Shown here piece after piece: positions 24,510 through 37,616 of a stretch of DNA of 64,000 nucleotides (positions are counted from its first letter, which is position 1; every line of letters begins with the position of its first letter). Source of the stretch: Eledone cirrhosa (taxonomy: Eukaryota); contig OZ024742.1 of the NCBI GenBank assembly GCA_964016885.1, positions 296,112,001-296,176,000 of the forward strand. The letters are read 5' to 3'. The position numbers and the translations under genes were made by a program. The notes under the pieces were generated by a model, which saw only the letters and a list, made by a program, of their open reading frames with translations, searched no databases and had not been told where the DNA came from.

Positions 24510-27500
24510 CGTGCCCCCCCCCCCTGCGCCAAACCAATCAACCGCGTCCTCCTAAAAAATTTCACCCCACCCCCACCCCACCCAGACACCCACTCAACCA
24601 CAAACACCCCAACCCCACAACACACTGATGCCCCTTCACTTCCACAAACCACCACCTCACCCGACAACCCATCCCCAACCAGCATGGAAATTGAGCGGCC
24701 CGTTTCCCGGGACGCAGAGAGGTAAGTGCCTTTTCTCCTTACCACCAACATGGCTGTGCTAAGATTAGGGTGTCTAAATGCGCGTGGCCTGGGCTCATCT
24801 TGGAAGCAAGCAATGCTTCTAAATGACCTCAGGTCACAATCTATAAATGTGATGGTTATCTGCGAGGCCCGGATCAGCAACGTGCGGCAGCTAGCCCCCA
24901 CCTTTGACGACTTTGAGATGCACGCATCTCTCTGTCAGCCAGGAGGTGGGGGTGGGGTTGTCGTTCTGCTGCAAAAACATCTGGGCCTTGCAACACAGAT
25001 AGTTCACTTGGACCCAGGAGGTCGACTGGTGGTGCTGGACCTTGGCAGTGGTGAAGGTAGAGCCTTTAGGCTGGTAGCCGCATATGCCCCTTTTGGGACA
25101 GAGCAGCCCGACTTTTTCCAGTGTCTGGAGTCTTTTCTAGGGACGTCCCATTCCCTGCTTTTAGTGGGGGATTGGAATGGTATCCTGGATGCACGTTGGG
25201 ACTATGCAGGGGCATGTCCCGATAGAGAGGGGTGCAACAGCCTCAAGGGGTTACTCGGCCGATTTGACCTGGCCGATAGATTTCGACTAGATTTTCCGAC
25301 GGTGCCAACCTGGTCTTGGTCAAATCGCAGCGGATCATCTAGATCGTACCTAGATAGATTTTTAGTTAGAAATAAGGACAGGGACTTTTTAAGTTGTCCA
25401 GAAATGCTCATGATTGGCTATTCAGACCACAAGTTGGTGACCTGCATGGTCAACCTTGATAGAACACATAGACAGGGCCCCAGTTACTGGAAGCTCAACT
25501 TGTCCTTGCCGGCAAGTAGAGCTTACAGGGATCGGATTAGTATGTTAGTTAAGGAACGGTTGACTGGAGCGATCGTCAACAGCAGGTGGTGGGTATCTCT
25601 AAAGAGAGAGATTAGAGTAGTCTCGATAGAATTTAGTAAGGTTCTAGCTGCGGATAGGAATAGGAAGGAAAGGGAGCTAATAGATAGAGTAGAAGAGGCA
25701 ATTAGAAGCGGCGACGTGGCTAGAGTGCTAGCGTCGAGAACGGCTTTGAGCCAGTTTTTCGACGCCAAGCACGAAGGCTGCATTGTCCAAAGTAAAATAC
25801 GTGCTCTAGGGAACGAGGGGACCAAAGCTGTTAGCTGGGCCCGCATGACAGAGGCCAACAGTGGAACTAAATCCACCATCCGGTCTTTGCGAGACCTGGA
25901 TGGACGGGCGATTCTTGAGCCTAAGCAGATGTGTGAGGCCTTTCAAAGGCACTTTGCCCGACTGTTCGGGAGGGGCAGGTAGCCGGTTGGGAATGTGGAC
26001 TTCGGTCCATACCTCGACGGCCTGCCGTGTCTCTCGGACAGGGAGGCGAAGTCCTGCGAGGAGCCGATTTCGGCCACTGAGATAGAGGACGTGCTGAGCC
26101 AATGCGGCAAACGCAAATCCCCGGGTCTCGATGGTCTTCCTTACGAATTATATCTAGCTATGCCGGACTTGTTCCCCGATCTCCTCGAGGCGGTCTACTG
26201 CAACTGGCAACAGAACGGGAGAATTCACTGTACTGTGACCAAGGGCGTAGTCACGCTAGTGAGGAAGGACGAGAACAAGGGGGACGAAATAAGTAACTTC
26301 AGGCCCATAACTCTGCTAAATACAGAGTTACAGATTTTGGCCAAGGTGCTAGCAAAGAGGTTGGCGCTTGTCATGGGCAACCTGGTGGGAGATGCGCAGA
26401 CATGCGCTATCCCATCCAGGTCCATCCATGACAACCTCCACCTCATGCGATACATCATAGAGAGGGTTGGGAACGAACCCGGCTTTGGTGAGGCTCTGAT
26501 CAACTTGGATCAATCTAAGGCGTTCGATAGGGTCGACCATGGTTACCTGGATGCAGTGCTAGCGGCGGCAGGCTTCGGACCCGTTTTCAGGGGCTGGATC
26601 ACTGCTATGCACAGCAGCCGCATCTGCTCTAGGGTCAAGGTGAACGGCTACCTCTCGGAGCCGTTCAAAATTGCGCGGTCCATCCGACAAGGGTGCCCTC
26701 TCTCCTCCCTTCTGTATGTGTTGACTCTCGAGCCACTACTGCGGAAGTTGGAGTTGTTGCAGGGCATCCCTTTGGAACCGGGATTGCGGAAAGCGGTGTC
26801 GGCCTACGCCGATGACGTGACAGTAATGGTGTCGACGGCCTCCGAAATCGAGGCGGTCGGCACCTTACTGGAGGAGTACGAAAGGTTCACAGGGGCTAAG
26901 CTGAACCGGGACAAGTCGATCGGTTTGCAACTCGGCACGTGGAGGGGCAGACCGATGCCCTCCGATGGCGTCATCAGACGCTGGACGGAGGGCCCGGTGA
27001 AGTTGCTCGGGGTCTGGTTCGGACCGGACCTCCAGGTGGAGAAGAACTGGGCGGAGGTTACGAACAGGGTGTTTGCACTGACCCAGAAGTGGGCCAGTTG
27101 CAAACTATCCCTGAAAGGTCGGGCGGAGGTGGCGAACACCTATATAGCGTCCGTCATCTACTACCGCCTGACCGTAGTGCCCTGCCCAAGGGAAACCCTC
27201 GCCAAGATGGAGCACGCGCTCTTCCAATTCCTTTGGAAGAGGCGGGCTCCTATGGTGAGGAGATCCATCTGCTGTCAACACCCTTCGAAAGGAGGGCTGG
27301 GGATGCCGTGGCTAATGATGCGTAAACACGCATTAAGGCTACGGCACCTCTACGTATTCCTCACCGGTCAACCGGTGCGGGCCTCGTTTGTGAGACGAAC
27401 CTTTCCCAGACTCGTCTCACTCACCGAGCTGCAATCCTGGGTCAAGCAAAGACCGAGAAAACTGGGCGCCTGGCACACTGAGTGTGCCCAGGCGCTCACT

Positions 27501-28451
27501 GCCCTCTGGCAGGCGGATCCGGTTATCAGTGGAGACTCCACCGCAACATTCTATAGAGGGCTGGTATGCAGCAGGTCCGACGACGCCCTCGGAGAAGCCC
27601 TAGACATGGAGGAGGACGAACTGGCCAGCCTGTTCGGTAGGACATTCAGCCCGGGACCTATGGACAACTTCATGAAGTCCCTGGCCTGGCAGTGCTACCG
27701 AGGGGCTCTACCCGTTTGAGAAAAGCTCTACAGACACGGGCGCCCGGGTAGGGACCCCGCCAAAAAGATCTGTCCCAGATGCGTGTGCGACGAGGAAACC
27801 GTTGCACACGCATTGGTACACTGCTCGGGTGTAGCCGATCTGTGGAGCTATGTCGAACAACTGCTGTCAAGGGTGGGACTGATCCGGTTGACCACCGAGT
27901 CTATTGTAATGATCAAGCCACCTCCCCCCTTCAAAGATGAAGGAGAGGCGGTGTTTCTGTGCATAATAGCCATGGTGAAAGAAGTTGTATGGTGGACGCG
28001 TCTGAAAGGACTGAGGTCAGGCACCTTTCTCTCTGGCCAACAACTGGTCCGTTTCTTCCGATATCATTTCGGAAGAAGGATCAGGATGGAGAGAGAGGTG
28101 CTCCACCCCAGTCGTTTTTATGAAAGGTGGGTGAAAGTGGTGAGAATGGCCCGTGTGAATGGGCCTTCTCTTTACATAAGCCTGTAGGTGGAAAAGAGGA
28201 AAGAACGAGGGAGCACCCCCTCTCTGTGCTCCTGAGGAAAAGGGTTGCACACTTTTTTCGGGGGTGTGTGCGACCCCCCAAGGCGCCTCCTCTCTATTGA
28301 GGATTTTGTTATAAATTTTATTTTTTGTTATATTTTATTTTATTTTTATACATTGTTATTGCCTCCTCCTTATTGAGGATGCCTTTTTGTGTAAACTCCC
28401 CTCTTTGTACTTGTCCCACTTTTGATGCCCTGGTGGCAAATAAAAGAAACA
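24510..28451 (+). mobile_element. Tx1/L1-clade LINE, 5'-truncated in ORF1
   Basis: End of a Pro/Thr-rich ORF1, full ORF2 and a 3' UTR ending aataaaagaaac. Candidate 9-bp TSD tatatttat (24501-24509 and 28452-28460). GC-rich relative to its flanks. Confidence 0.92.
24750..28187 (+). pseudogene. ORF2 (APE endonuclease, reverse transcriptase, C-terminal CCHC) with two in-frame stops
   Basis: LNARGL, GDWN, SYLDRF, SDH (APE); KSPGLDG, FRPITLLN, DQSKAFDRV, RQGCPLS, AYADD (RT); CPRC..ETVAHALVHC. The three listed ORFs share one frame and are split by TAG at 25980 and TGA at 27717. Confidence 0.92.
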
Positions 28452-29420
28452 TATATTTATATACTCATACATATGCATATGCACATACACACATGCATAT
28501 ACACATCAGCATGTAAAAAAAAAATCCTAGTCCTGTAAATTATAAATTTATTTTTATTAGAAGCAGCAACATATTAGATTGCATGACTAACTACTGGAGT
28601 AAATAGAGTGAGAATAATAGTATTGGTGTTTGGGAAGAACTGAGATGAGTCACATTAATATTTTGATTTCAGAAGACATACTGTCACTCTAATAATTATT
28701 CACTAAATAAGATTCTTTAGAAAGATTTTTTAATTGCTTAACCCTTTCGCAATCATAGTTATAAAGGAACTCAATTCTTATGTGTTTTAATTAATTTTGA
28801 AAATAATCAAGAATCTGGATGGATTTATTAATGTAACAAATTTTCTCATTATTAAGCTGGACTGGTGTTTGAAGCATAACCTACAAACAGTTCTTACAAT
28901 TATAATGAAAGGCAGGAAGATTGTAATTTTCATATTTTTTTCACTGGTGTTTATGTTTAGGCTGTGTGTAACTTAACAAAAGATATTTACTTAGAATTAT
29001 GGTAGGATGGTGTCAGGGCTGGATTTAATGGAAGGAAAGGAAGCTATTGCCCTGGGTACCCCTCCAGTGGAGGGGGGCCACAAGCAATGTACATAGAAAT
29101 TTGTATCCTCTGCTGGGCTTTTAGTTTTATCCCTTTAACAACGAGAACTATATTTTTAACAAAAAGTATTTAATGTCCTTACTGTGGCAACATTCATCAA
29201 ATTCTCTTAAATCTAGAGGCATCAGAATGTTATCAGAACAATAATCTAATAAAAATCCGTGAGACACTAAAAGTAAGTGTGGTGAGAAATTGGAGGCTAC
29301 AGTGTTTGGCAATATAGTGTTTAAGGGAATGCTTTAGACTTGTTGAGCATGTGACGAGGTCTTTAGTATTAGTGCCACAATAAAATGCTCTCAGTATATC
29401 CTGTAAATTGTTATTGGCTT

Positions 29421-29566
29421 ATTTCAAGCTTATTATCTATCGTCAGCAACGTATACCTTCCTGCCAGATGGTTGAACGTCTGAAAGTATTTACTTTCCTT
29501 ATGCTGAGCAGCCTAATTTGCATATCGTAATTTCCATACGTACATATATATATGTGTGCATGTATG

Positions 29567-29605
<39 letters not shown>

Positions 29606-30090
29606 CTACTGTACGTCTGTATACATATATGTATGTACGTATACATACTTATATTTAAGTAACAGCCGTACTAAGAGTGAGAAATGAAATTTCCTTTCAT
29701 TTTTTCCGTTTATCGTTTTCGGTACCCCGGCCGATTAACTCACTCGATATGCAAATTAGGCTGCTCAGCCGTTAATATGCATAAGGAAAGTAAATACTTT
29801 CAGACGTTAAACCATCTGGCAGGAAGGTATACGTTGCTGACGATAGCTAATAAGCTTGAAACTAGTACAGCGTTCCTTTGTCAGTGTTGAACAAATGAGC
29901 AACGATGGTTGCTAGACACTGTACGGCTTAATTCGGGATGTTTGTTTACAAACACACCGAGCATTATAATAAATGTTCGGTGAATCCATACGTACATATA
30001 TATATGTGTGCATGTATGTATATATATATATATATACATACTACTGTACGTCTGTATACATATATGTATGTACGTATACATACTTATATA
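29421..30090 (+). mobile_element. retrozyme-like hammerhead element (partial tandem unit plus 5' inverted segment)
   Basis: 29421-29528 is inverted relative to ~29744-29861. 29533-29654 is directly repeated at 29985-30089 (offset 452). One complete HHR; no real ORF. Confidence 0.75.
29831..29873 (+). ncRNA. minimal type I hammerhead ribozyme
   Basis: acgttg-CTGACGA-tagc-taataa-gctt-GAAA-ctag-TA^cagcgt. Palindromic stem III actagt; stem I extends via aagg/cctt and ctggca/tgtcag. A truncated inverted copy lies at 29422-29452. Confidence 0.85.
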
Positions 30091-30180
30091 TATATATGTA
30101 TATATATATATTTATATATGTATATATATATATATATATGTATATATATTTATATATATATATATTTATGTATATATATT

Positions 30181-30215
<35 letters not shown>

Positions 30216-30226
30216 TTATGTATATA

Positions 30227-30289
<63 letters not shown>

Positions 30290-31184
30290 CTATATGTATA
30301 TTTATATGCATACACACTTACATACATATATGTATATGTCTTATAATTTAGTGGTTTAAAAAAATTCAGATTGAAGAAATAAGTACTGGATTTGAAAAAA
30401 ATAGCTACTTGGTCGATATGATCGATGATATTAAGGTGGTACCCCAGCATGACCGCAGTTTAATGATTGAAATTAATAAAATAATTTTTGAAATATATTA
30501 ATTTATTTACATATTTATATTTGTTTAGTAGAGAATGTTCTGGGAAATGGCGTTCTGGCTAAAGACATTACCTTCTTGATAGTTTGCCAAATCTCATACC
30601 TTAATATTTCTAAGCAATTTCTTTGTCTGTGGTATATATATTTTTATATTTTATAATATATTATTAATTCATATACCACTATTATTGTTGTTATTTTTTT
30701 AGCGTTAAATATTTTGATTTATTTCTCAATCTATTATATGCACAACTAAATTACATTTATTTGGTATTGGTAATCCATTACACATTTGTAATGGAATGTC
30801 TTTGACAATTAAATATCTATTTATTTGTTTATTTACTTATTTATTTATGTATCTATCTATCGATCTTACATTCGCTCTTTCTCTTTATATTGACTGGTAT
30901 ATGTTGGAAAGATAGCATTACTAGTGTGTGTATAATGTGAAAGATTTGAGTTGAAGGAAAAGTTTTAAGTATGGCTAATTGTTGAAAGAGATCGTGGATG
31001 ATTTTGAAGTAAAGATGTAGGCCTACGCTAATGTTTCCTAAAATGGTTTCCAAGAACAATTCTGGCGTTCCCTGAGTTAAGGTGTCTTGATAAAATTTAA
31101 TGAATTATTATACTTTTTATATGAATAAATTCTCTCTCTCAAACAATTTTTGTTTCATTTAATATCAATTTAATACTAGGATAA

Positions 31185-32070
31185 AATAATAATGAAATTA
31201 ATGTGTAGAGTGCTCAGGTGCACTACAACTCATCAAAGGTGCATGTATAGTACATAGAATAATGTACAAATGTCAGGAAAGTGAAAAGTGTATGAATCAT
31301 GATATAAATGTGTGCATTTGTATGGAGGTGGAATATCAGGTGTAGTGTTGGCGAATTTTAGGAAGCATGGAGGTTTAAAGGATACAGTGTCTCGGCAGCT
31401 AACAACTGATGCAAATAGTTTGTTCCATGCTTCAGCAACTCTGAACGTGAAAAAATGTTTCCAAAGTCACGGGAGCTGTGCTGTTTTCTGACTTTGTAGC
31501 CATGCCCACATGTGTTAGACACATGGAATTCAAAAGGGTGCTCAGGGTTGTTGTTGGCAAGATGGTAAAATAATTTTGTGGGTGTTTACCAAGTCAGTTG
31601 CCAGATGTTGAAGCTTCGATGTATCCATGCCCAAGGAAGCAAGGCGTTCAGAGTATGGTAGATGGCTGATGGAGGGTATTCGCTTGGTTGCACGTCTCTG
31701 AACAGTTTCCAGGAGGTCAATGTTCTGGCCAAGATAGGGGTTCCAGACTAGTGATGCAAATTTTAAGTGTGGCCACACTATAGTTATATACAGCTTTAAA
31801 TAGATAGTTGAAGAGTGGCTGACAAACGTCTTGCTGAGTTATGCCAAGACACCCTCGGCCTTCTTCACAATTTTAGAGATGTGCTTTGTCCAACAGAAAT
31901 TGCTGCTGACAGTAATGCCCAGGTCACGTTCACAAGAGGGCTTCTTCATATTAGTGTTGTGGAGGTAGTTAGTGGATGCTGGGTTTTTCCTCCTAAAATG
32001 CATGGTGGTACACTTGTCCACAGCCAACTTGAGTTACCAGTCCATGATCCATTGCTGCATTGTGTCTAGG
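31185..32070 (-). mobile_element. CR1-clade LINE 3' fragment
   Basis: KCTTMHF..ERDLGITVS..HISKIVKKA; PHLKFASLVWNPY..LETVQRRATK..YSERL; (ATT)-type tail. Same family at 58170-58612 (+). Confidence 0.85.
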
Positions 32071-33049
32071 TTAGAGATTGTCTGTGAAATATAAGTGTCT
32101 ATTCTTTTAAACTCTTAACATCCTGTAAAAATTCAGCAGGATGTATTTAAAGGCTGGTTTGTTAATTCAAATGTTTATAGTATTTTTACTAGTGGACTGA
32201 TCATTGAAAATATTTGCTTTATTATGAAGATCATCATTGTTTAACATCATTATTGCTTAACGTCCATTTTCCACACTAGCATGGGTGTTTAATATAATGT
32301 AACAAAAGGTACTTATATGAAATTCTGGTGGAAGATTTTAATTTAACCCTTTCATTAACATACTTCTAATGAAAAACATTGAAAATAATCCAGAATTTTG
32401 AGGAATTTCTTCGTTATTAAGTTTAAGTTTGGAATATAACTTAATTTTTTTTTTTTTACTTAAAATCAATATTGAAGGTTTTAAAATAAATATTAACAAA
32501 TTAGTATCATAGAACCAGAGTTTGTTTCGTGCAATAAGGAATCAAAAGTGTTAACATAAGGAAAATTTCAATTTAAATAGGAAACTTTTAAAATGAGTGT
32601 TTTGTTTCATAGAACCATAATAGTTTGGAGTGAGTTATTAACAAAAGGGTTAAAATAGTAATATCAAATTTTGGCTCATGGCTGGCAATTATAGGGTGAG
32701 GATAAAATTCAATTACACACAGTGGCAAACCCATATTCCTAAAAGTCATATATCAGATAATACTAATTTGGTTATATTCCTTCTATAATTATTATCATTT
32801 TATATTTCCCTCTACCTTTTATTCTCCTCATCATCATTTAATGTCTATTTTCTGTGTTGTATAAGTCAGACAGGTTGTCACATTCTGAGGCTAGATTGGT
32901 TAGGTAATCGTAGCTAATTTTACAGTGTGTACTGAGAGCATTTTATCATGGCACCAGCATTACCACTTTACAGGGTGGACTGGATAATTTTTATTGCAGT
33001 ACTAACACTACTATATTACTGGTGAGCTGGGTGGAATTTATCATGGCAT

Positions 33050-33425
33050 CAAAAAGCATCCAGTCCACACTGTAAAGTGGTCGTGTATGTGTCACGATAG
33101 AAAGCACCCAGCCGACACTGTAAAATGAGTGTGTAAGTGTCACAACAAAAAGCACACAGTCCACACTGTAATGTGGTCGTGTAGGCGTCATGACAAAAAG
33201 CACTCAGTCCACACTGTAAAGTGGTCATGTAAGCATCACGACAAAAAGTACCCAGTATTCACTGTAAATGAGGTTGGCTTTAAGAAGGGCATCCAGCTGT
33301 AGAAACCAAGCCAAAATCAGTTCTGTATGTGCAAGACATGGTCACCTGACTTAGCATCGCCCACAACAGGACAACTCGTCTAACCCATGCTAGTGGAGAA
33401 AATGGACGTAAAACAGTGATGATGA
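33050..33425 (+). repeat. 44-bp tandem array plus RTE-type 3' tail
   Basis: About 5 copies of cacccagtccacactgtaaagtggtcgtgta..acaaaaag, followed by aacccatgctag..ggacgtaaaac..gatgatg. Confidence 0.75.
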
Positions 33426-34102
33426 TCAGTACTGCCTCATGACTACAGAAGGAAACTCATTATCTTGTTAAATGTAATTGGCAGACATTTTGTCTAAATG
33501 TAGTGAGATAAATATTTTTTGGAAAGCTGCTAAATGAGAAAAAAAGTTTAAATTCCATTTTATTTCTTTAACTACGAGGAAAATATTTTGAATATCTCAA
33601 AACTTATTTAGGGAAATTTTCTTTTGGAATTTCAAGTAATATATTTCATTGTAAACTCTCTTTTTTTTTTCTATTAAAATATTTGAAGTTAAATATTTCA
33701 TTGAAGGAGCCAATCTTTACAATTCTCTTTCTATCGGTAATGACATGATTTTCTGAAAATCTATTTGAATAGCAAGAATAAGTATCTTCATATTTAAACA
33801 TTTGAAACTTTTAAGATACTTAAATGAAAGTAGAGTTTACTTAGAAATCTTAAAACTGTATTATTTGCTAGAAAATTTGTTTCAAAATAATTGATTTTAA
33901 TGTTTTCCAGATCAAAAGCATTTATCTTAATGGTAAATACCTCTGAATATAATATGCTCTATTTTCTTTGTGTGTGTATATATGTGTATATATATATATA
34001 TATGCACACACACATATATATATATATGTATGAGTGTGTGTGTCTATGTATATGTATATGTCTATGTATTTGTTTGTAAATATGTCTATTTATATGTGGG
34101 TG

Positions 34103-34133
<31 letters not shown>

Positions 34134-34434
34134 ATTATTATATGCAAATGACTACATCCAATTCAGAATAATACTAATACATACTTTCTTGTGGTTGTTT
34201 GGATGAGAGACATGCTTTCTAATGAGAGCTAAATTAGGTCTGCAAATCGATTAAAGGTGTTTTTCATTTTTTTTCAATTTACAGGGAAATTTGTATTTTC
34301 TGACATGCTTACATGTGTACACATTAGGTATGTATATATATATATACATTGGTGCAGTCTTGGTTACCCACTCTGTATGCATGCAGATATAACTTTATCA
34401 TACACTTTGCTGGATATTTATTTTTATATGTATG

Positions 34435-34568
<134 letters not shown>

Positions 34569-34615
34569 TAAATATACACGGGTGTGTATGATTGTGTATA
34601 GAAGATTATATTAAT

Positions 34616-34794
34616 AAGAGGAATTCCAACTTTGTCTGATTTACTCATTTTATTTACAATCCTTTAAAATATATAATGGTATTATAATGAAATAGTATGA
34701 TAGAATATTAAATTCTATTTCATTATAATACCATTATATATTTTAAAGGATTGTAAATAAAACGAGTAAATCAGACAAAGTTGGAATTCCTCTT
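34616..34794. repeat. 80-bp near-perfect inverted repeat
   Basis: Arms 34616-34695 and 34715-34794, one mismatch seen. Confidence 0.9.
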
Positions 34795-36282
34795 CATCAT
34801 CATCATCATCATCACCGTTTTACGTCCGTTCTTCCACGCTAGCATGGGTTAGACGGGTTGTCCTGTTGTGGGCAGTGTCTGGTCGGCTGACCATGCCTTG
34901 CTCATACAGGAACTGATCTGGCTTGATTTCTACAGCTGGATGCCCTTCCTAACACCAACCTCATTTACAGTGAGTGCTGGGTGCTTTTTCGTGGCGCCTA
35001 CACGTCCACTTTACAGTGTGGGCTGGGTGCTTTTTTGCCGTGGCACCTCCACGACCACCTTGCGGTGGGGGGGGGGGGCATATTGTTTATATGCTTCAGC
35101 ATGTACCCATGGGAGGTCGGGTACCCTGTATTACTGCGTGACGCCAGAAGTCACGGTCGTGTGTCATTGACTTTGAGAGGTGTAGTTGGGTAAGGTCGGC
35201 TTTTATCACCTCATCCCAAGTCATCTTGGGTCTCCCCACTCCGCGGTTTCCATCAACTTCTAGTGCTCTGCACCTTTTTATGCAGCTGTCATCCTTCATA
35301 CGCATCACATGTCCATACCAGCGTAACCGCCTCTCCTGCACGCAGCATTTGATTCCTCTTATGCTCAGTCTCTCTCTCAATTCATTTATGCTTTGTCGTT
35401 CACATATATTACTGTTACACATCCATCGGAGCATGCAGGCTTCGTTTCTCTCTAATCTACGTAAGTCTTCCACCTTCAGCGCCCAGGTCTCACTACCATG
35501 CAACATCGCTGTTCGGATACACGCATCATACAGTCTGCCTTTCATTCTGAGGGAGAAGCCTTTTGCAGCTAGCAGTGGTAGTAGTTCCCTAAACTTCTTC
35601 CATCCCGTTCTTACCCTAGTTATTGTACTTTCTGAGCACCCACCTCCGTTGCTAATTCGGTCACCTAGGTAGCAGAAGCTGTCTACTGTTTCTACAGGGC
35701 CCTCCCAGAGATTGGTGGTACTTGTTTCCTGTGGCTGTTTGCTTGCTGTTTCAGCACAGCTGCTGCATGTGAATCCTACATTCTTAATTAAGCTTCCTGA
35801 GATCCCGCTACATCTCTTGTGTACCCATTGTTTGCATTTGGGGCAAAGAATGGAGTTCCTACCTACACCTTTCCTACATACTGAGCAAGGCCATTTCCCT
35901 GAGGGGATCTGGGTTCTGTTTTCTCGTCTACTTATAAGGACCTTAGTCTTTGTCATGTTGACTTTGAGGCCCTTTCTCTCTAGTCCCTGCTTCCAGGTTT
36001 GGAATTTATTCTCTAGTTCTACCATAGATTCAGCTATGAGTGCGAGGTCATCAGCATACAGGAGTTCCCATGGGCATCCGGTCTTAAACTCCTCCGTTAT
36101 TGCCTGCAGGACTATGATGAACAGGAGAGGGCTAAGAACAGAGCCCTGGTGGACCCCAACCTGTACGCTAAATTCCTCGCTATACTCATTGCCAATCCTA
36201 ACTTTGCTGACTGCTCCCCTATACATGGCTTGTACCGCTTTCACAAGCCATTCATCTACTCCTAGTTTTCTAAGAGCCCACC
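34795..36282 (-). mobile_element. young RTE-clade LINE, 5'-truncated
   Basis: Uninterrupted ~395 codons (36282 to 35096): HQGSVLSPLLF, LLYADDL, Cys-rich finger, FCYLG, MLHGSETW, RRLRWYGHV. The 3' UTR ends in (GAT)n. Confidence 0.93.
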
Positions 36283-36287
36283 TCTTA

Positions 36288-36336
<49 letters not shown>

Positions 36337-36341
<5 letters not shown>

Positions 36342-36482
36342 AAAAGGTATGACCCCAATGGCAGAGCGCAAGCCGTTTTGACAGCTATTTCTGGACTGAA
36401 ATATTTATGTCCAAAAATAACCGTCGAAACAGCTTGAGCTCTGCCATCGGGGTTATACCTTTTCCTATTACCCACTCTACTA
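36337..36482. mobile_element. fold-back fragment of a PLE terminal repeat (3' half of a hammerhead in each arm)
   Basis: Arms 36337-36396 and 36409-36468. The right arm matches 62698-62771 (gtcca..ccgtcGAAAc.gcttgagctc..TCggggt..ttcctattacccactctacta). TA-flanked. Confidence 0.75.
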
Positions 36483-36659
36483 TACATATGTATATATATA
36501 TATATACGGGATAACAAATTATTGTTATAGGTAGTCCAGTTAGGGTACTCCGAGTAGTGGATAGTATTAACGCTTGGCTAAATTTGACTCAACAAGACAT
36601 TTCCATAGTGATGCTGCGAGTACGCGGTGATTTCTATGTAGTTTGCACTTGGAGTAATA

Positions 36660-37616
36660 ATAAATCAAGAAAGAAGAGTGACATGGTTTGCTATACAATA
36701 AGGGCTTTATTCACATTGCTGACAATTGTTTCTCTGAACTGGTAGGTCTAGAGATCGCTACCCGTCTGTTTTTGCGTCAATCGATCACCAATACTTTGTT
36801 ATAACCAGTCAATTCCTCAGAGCATGCGAGAATGAAGGATATACACAGGCATGGCTTCTATATATTGTAGTGGCATTAAATCAGAACAATAATAACAATA
36901 CTAACAATACTCGAATAAATTAGCTAGACCATAAATAGTTAAAATAATCACAACATCAATCTAAGTAAGACATAGAGTATACTGATGACTTTAGCATGTA
37001 AAACGAGCTGATACGAAGCAGATGTATGAAATTGACATGTAAAGGCTGTCATGGGGTGTATTATATATAGTGTAGAGATAATCTGGGGCTTGAAACACAT
37101 AAAAATTACCATCCTCACTACAATGAAAATATTTTATCTGTCAGATAAGTAATTGTTACGGTCAGCAAACCTACGGTAAAGTAAATGGTCCATTGTTTCA
37201 AGACCCAGGTTATCTCTACACTATATATAATACACCCCATGACAGCCTTTACATGTCAATTTCATACATCTGCTTCGTATCAGCTCGTTTTACATGCTAA
37301 AGTCATCAGTATACTCTATGTCTTACTTAGATTGATGTTGTGATTATTTTAACTATTTACGGTCTAGCTAATTTATTTGAGTATTGTTAGTAGTGTTAGT
37401 ATTGTTATTATTGTTCTGATTTAATGCCACTACTATATATAGAAGCCATGCCTGTGTATTCCCTTCATTCTCGCATGCTCATATGAATTGACTGGTTATA
37501 ATAAAGTATTGGTGATCGATTGACGCAAAAACAGATCTACCATTTCAGAGAAACAATTGTCAGCAATGTGAATAAAGCATTTATTGTATAGCAAACCATG
37601 TCACTCTTCTTTCTTG

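Noticed and set aside
27717-27719. In-frame TGA in Tx1 ORF2 as selenocysteine or readthrough
   Set aside because: The context LPV*EKL fits CGA to TGA CpG decay, and a second stop (TAG at 25980) also interrupts the ORF.
30853-31075. Possible minus-strand exon
   Set aside because: Weak acceptor, no recognisable protein features and no partner exons.
33050-33270. 44-bp arrays (also 54894-55118) as CRISPR-like
   Set aside because: Contiguous tandem units without unique spacers, related to RTE/SINE 3' regions, in eukaryotic DNA with no cas genes.
36283-36517. N-terminal part of the listed 473-aa ORF
   Set aside because: Chance read-through across (TA)n and a fold-back fragment; RTE homology starts near 36282.
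36982-37040. CTGATGA in the large fold-back arm
   Set aside because: No stem II closed by GAAA and no stem I partner.
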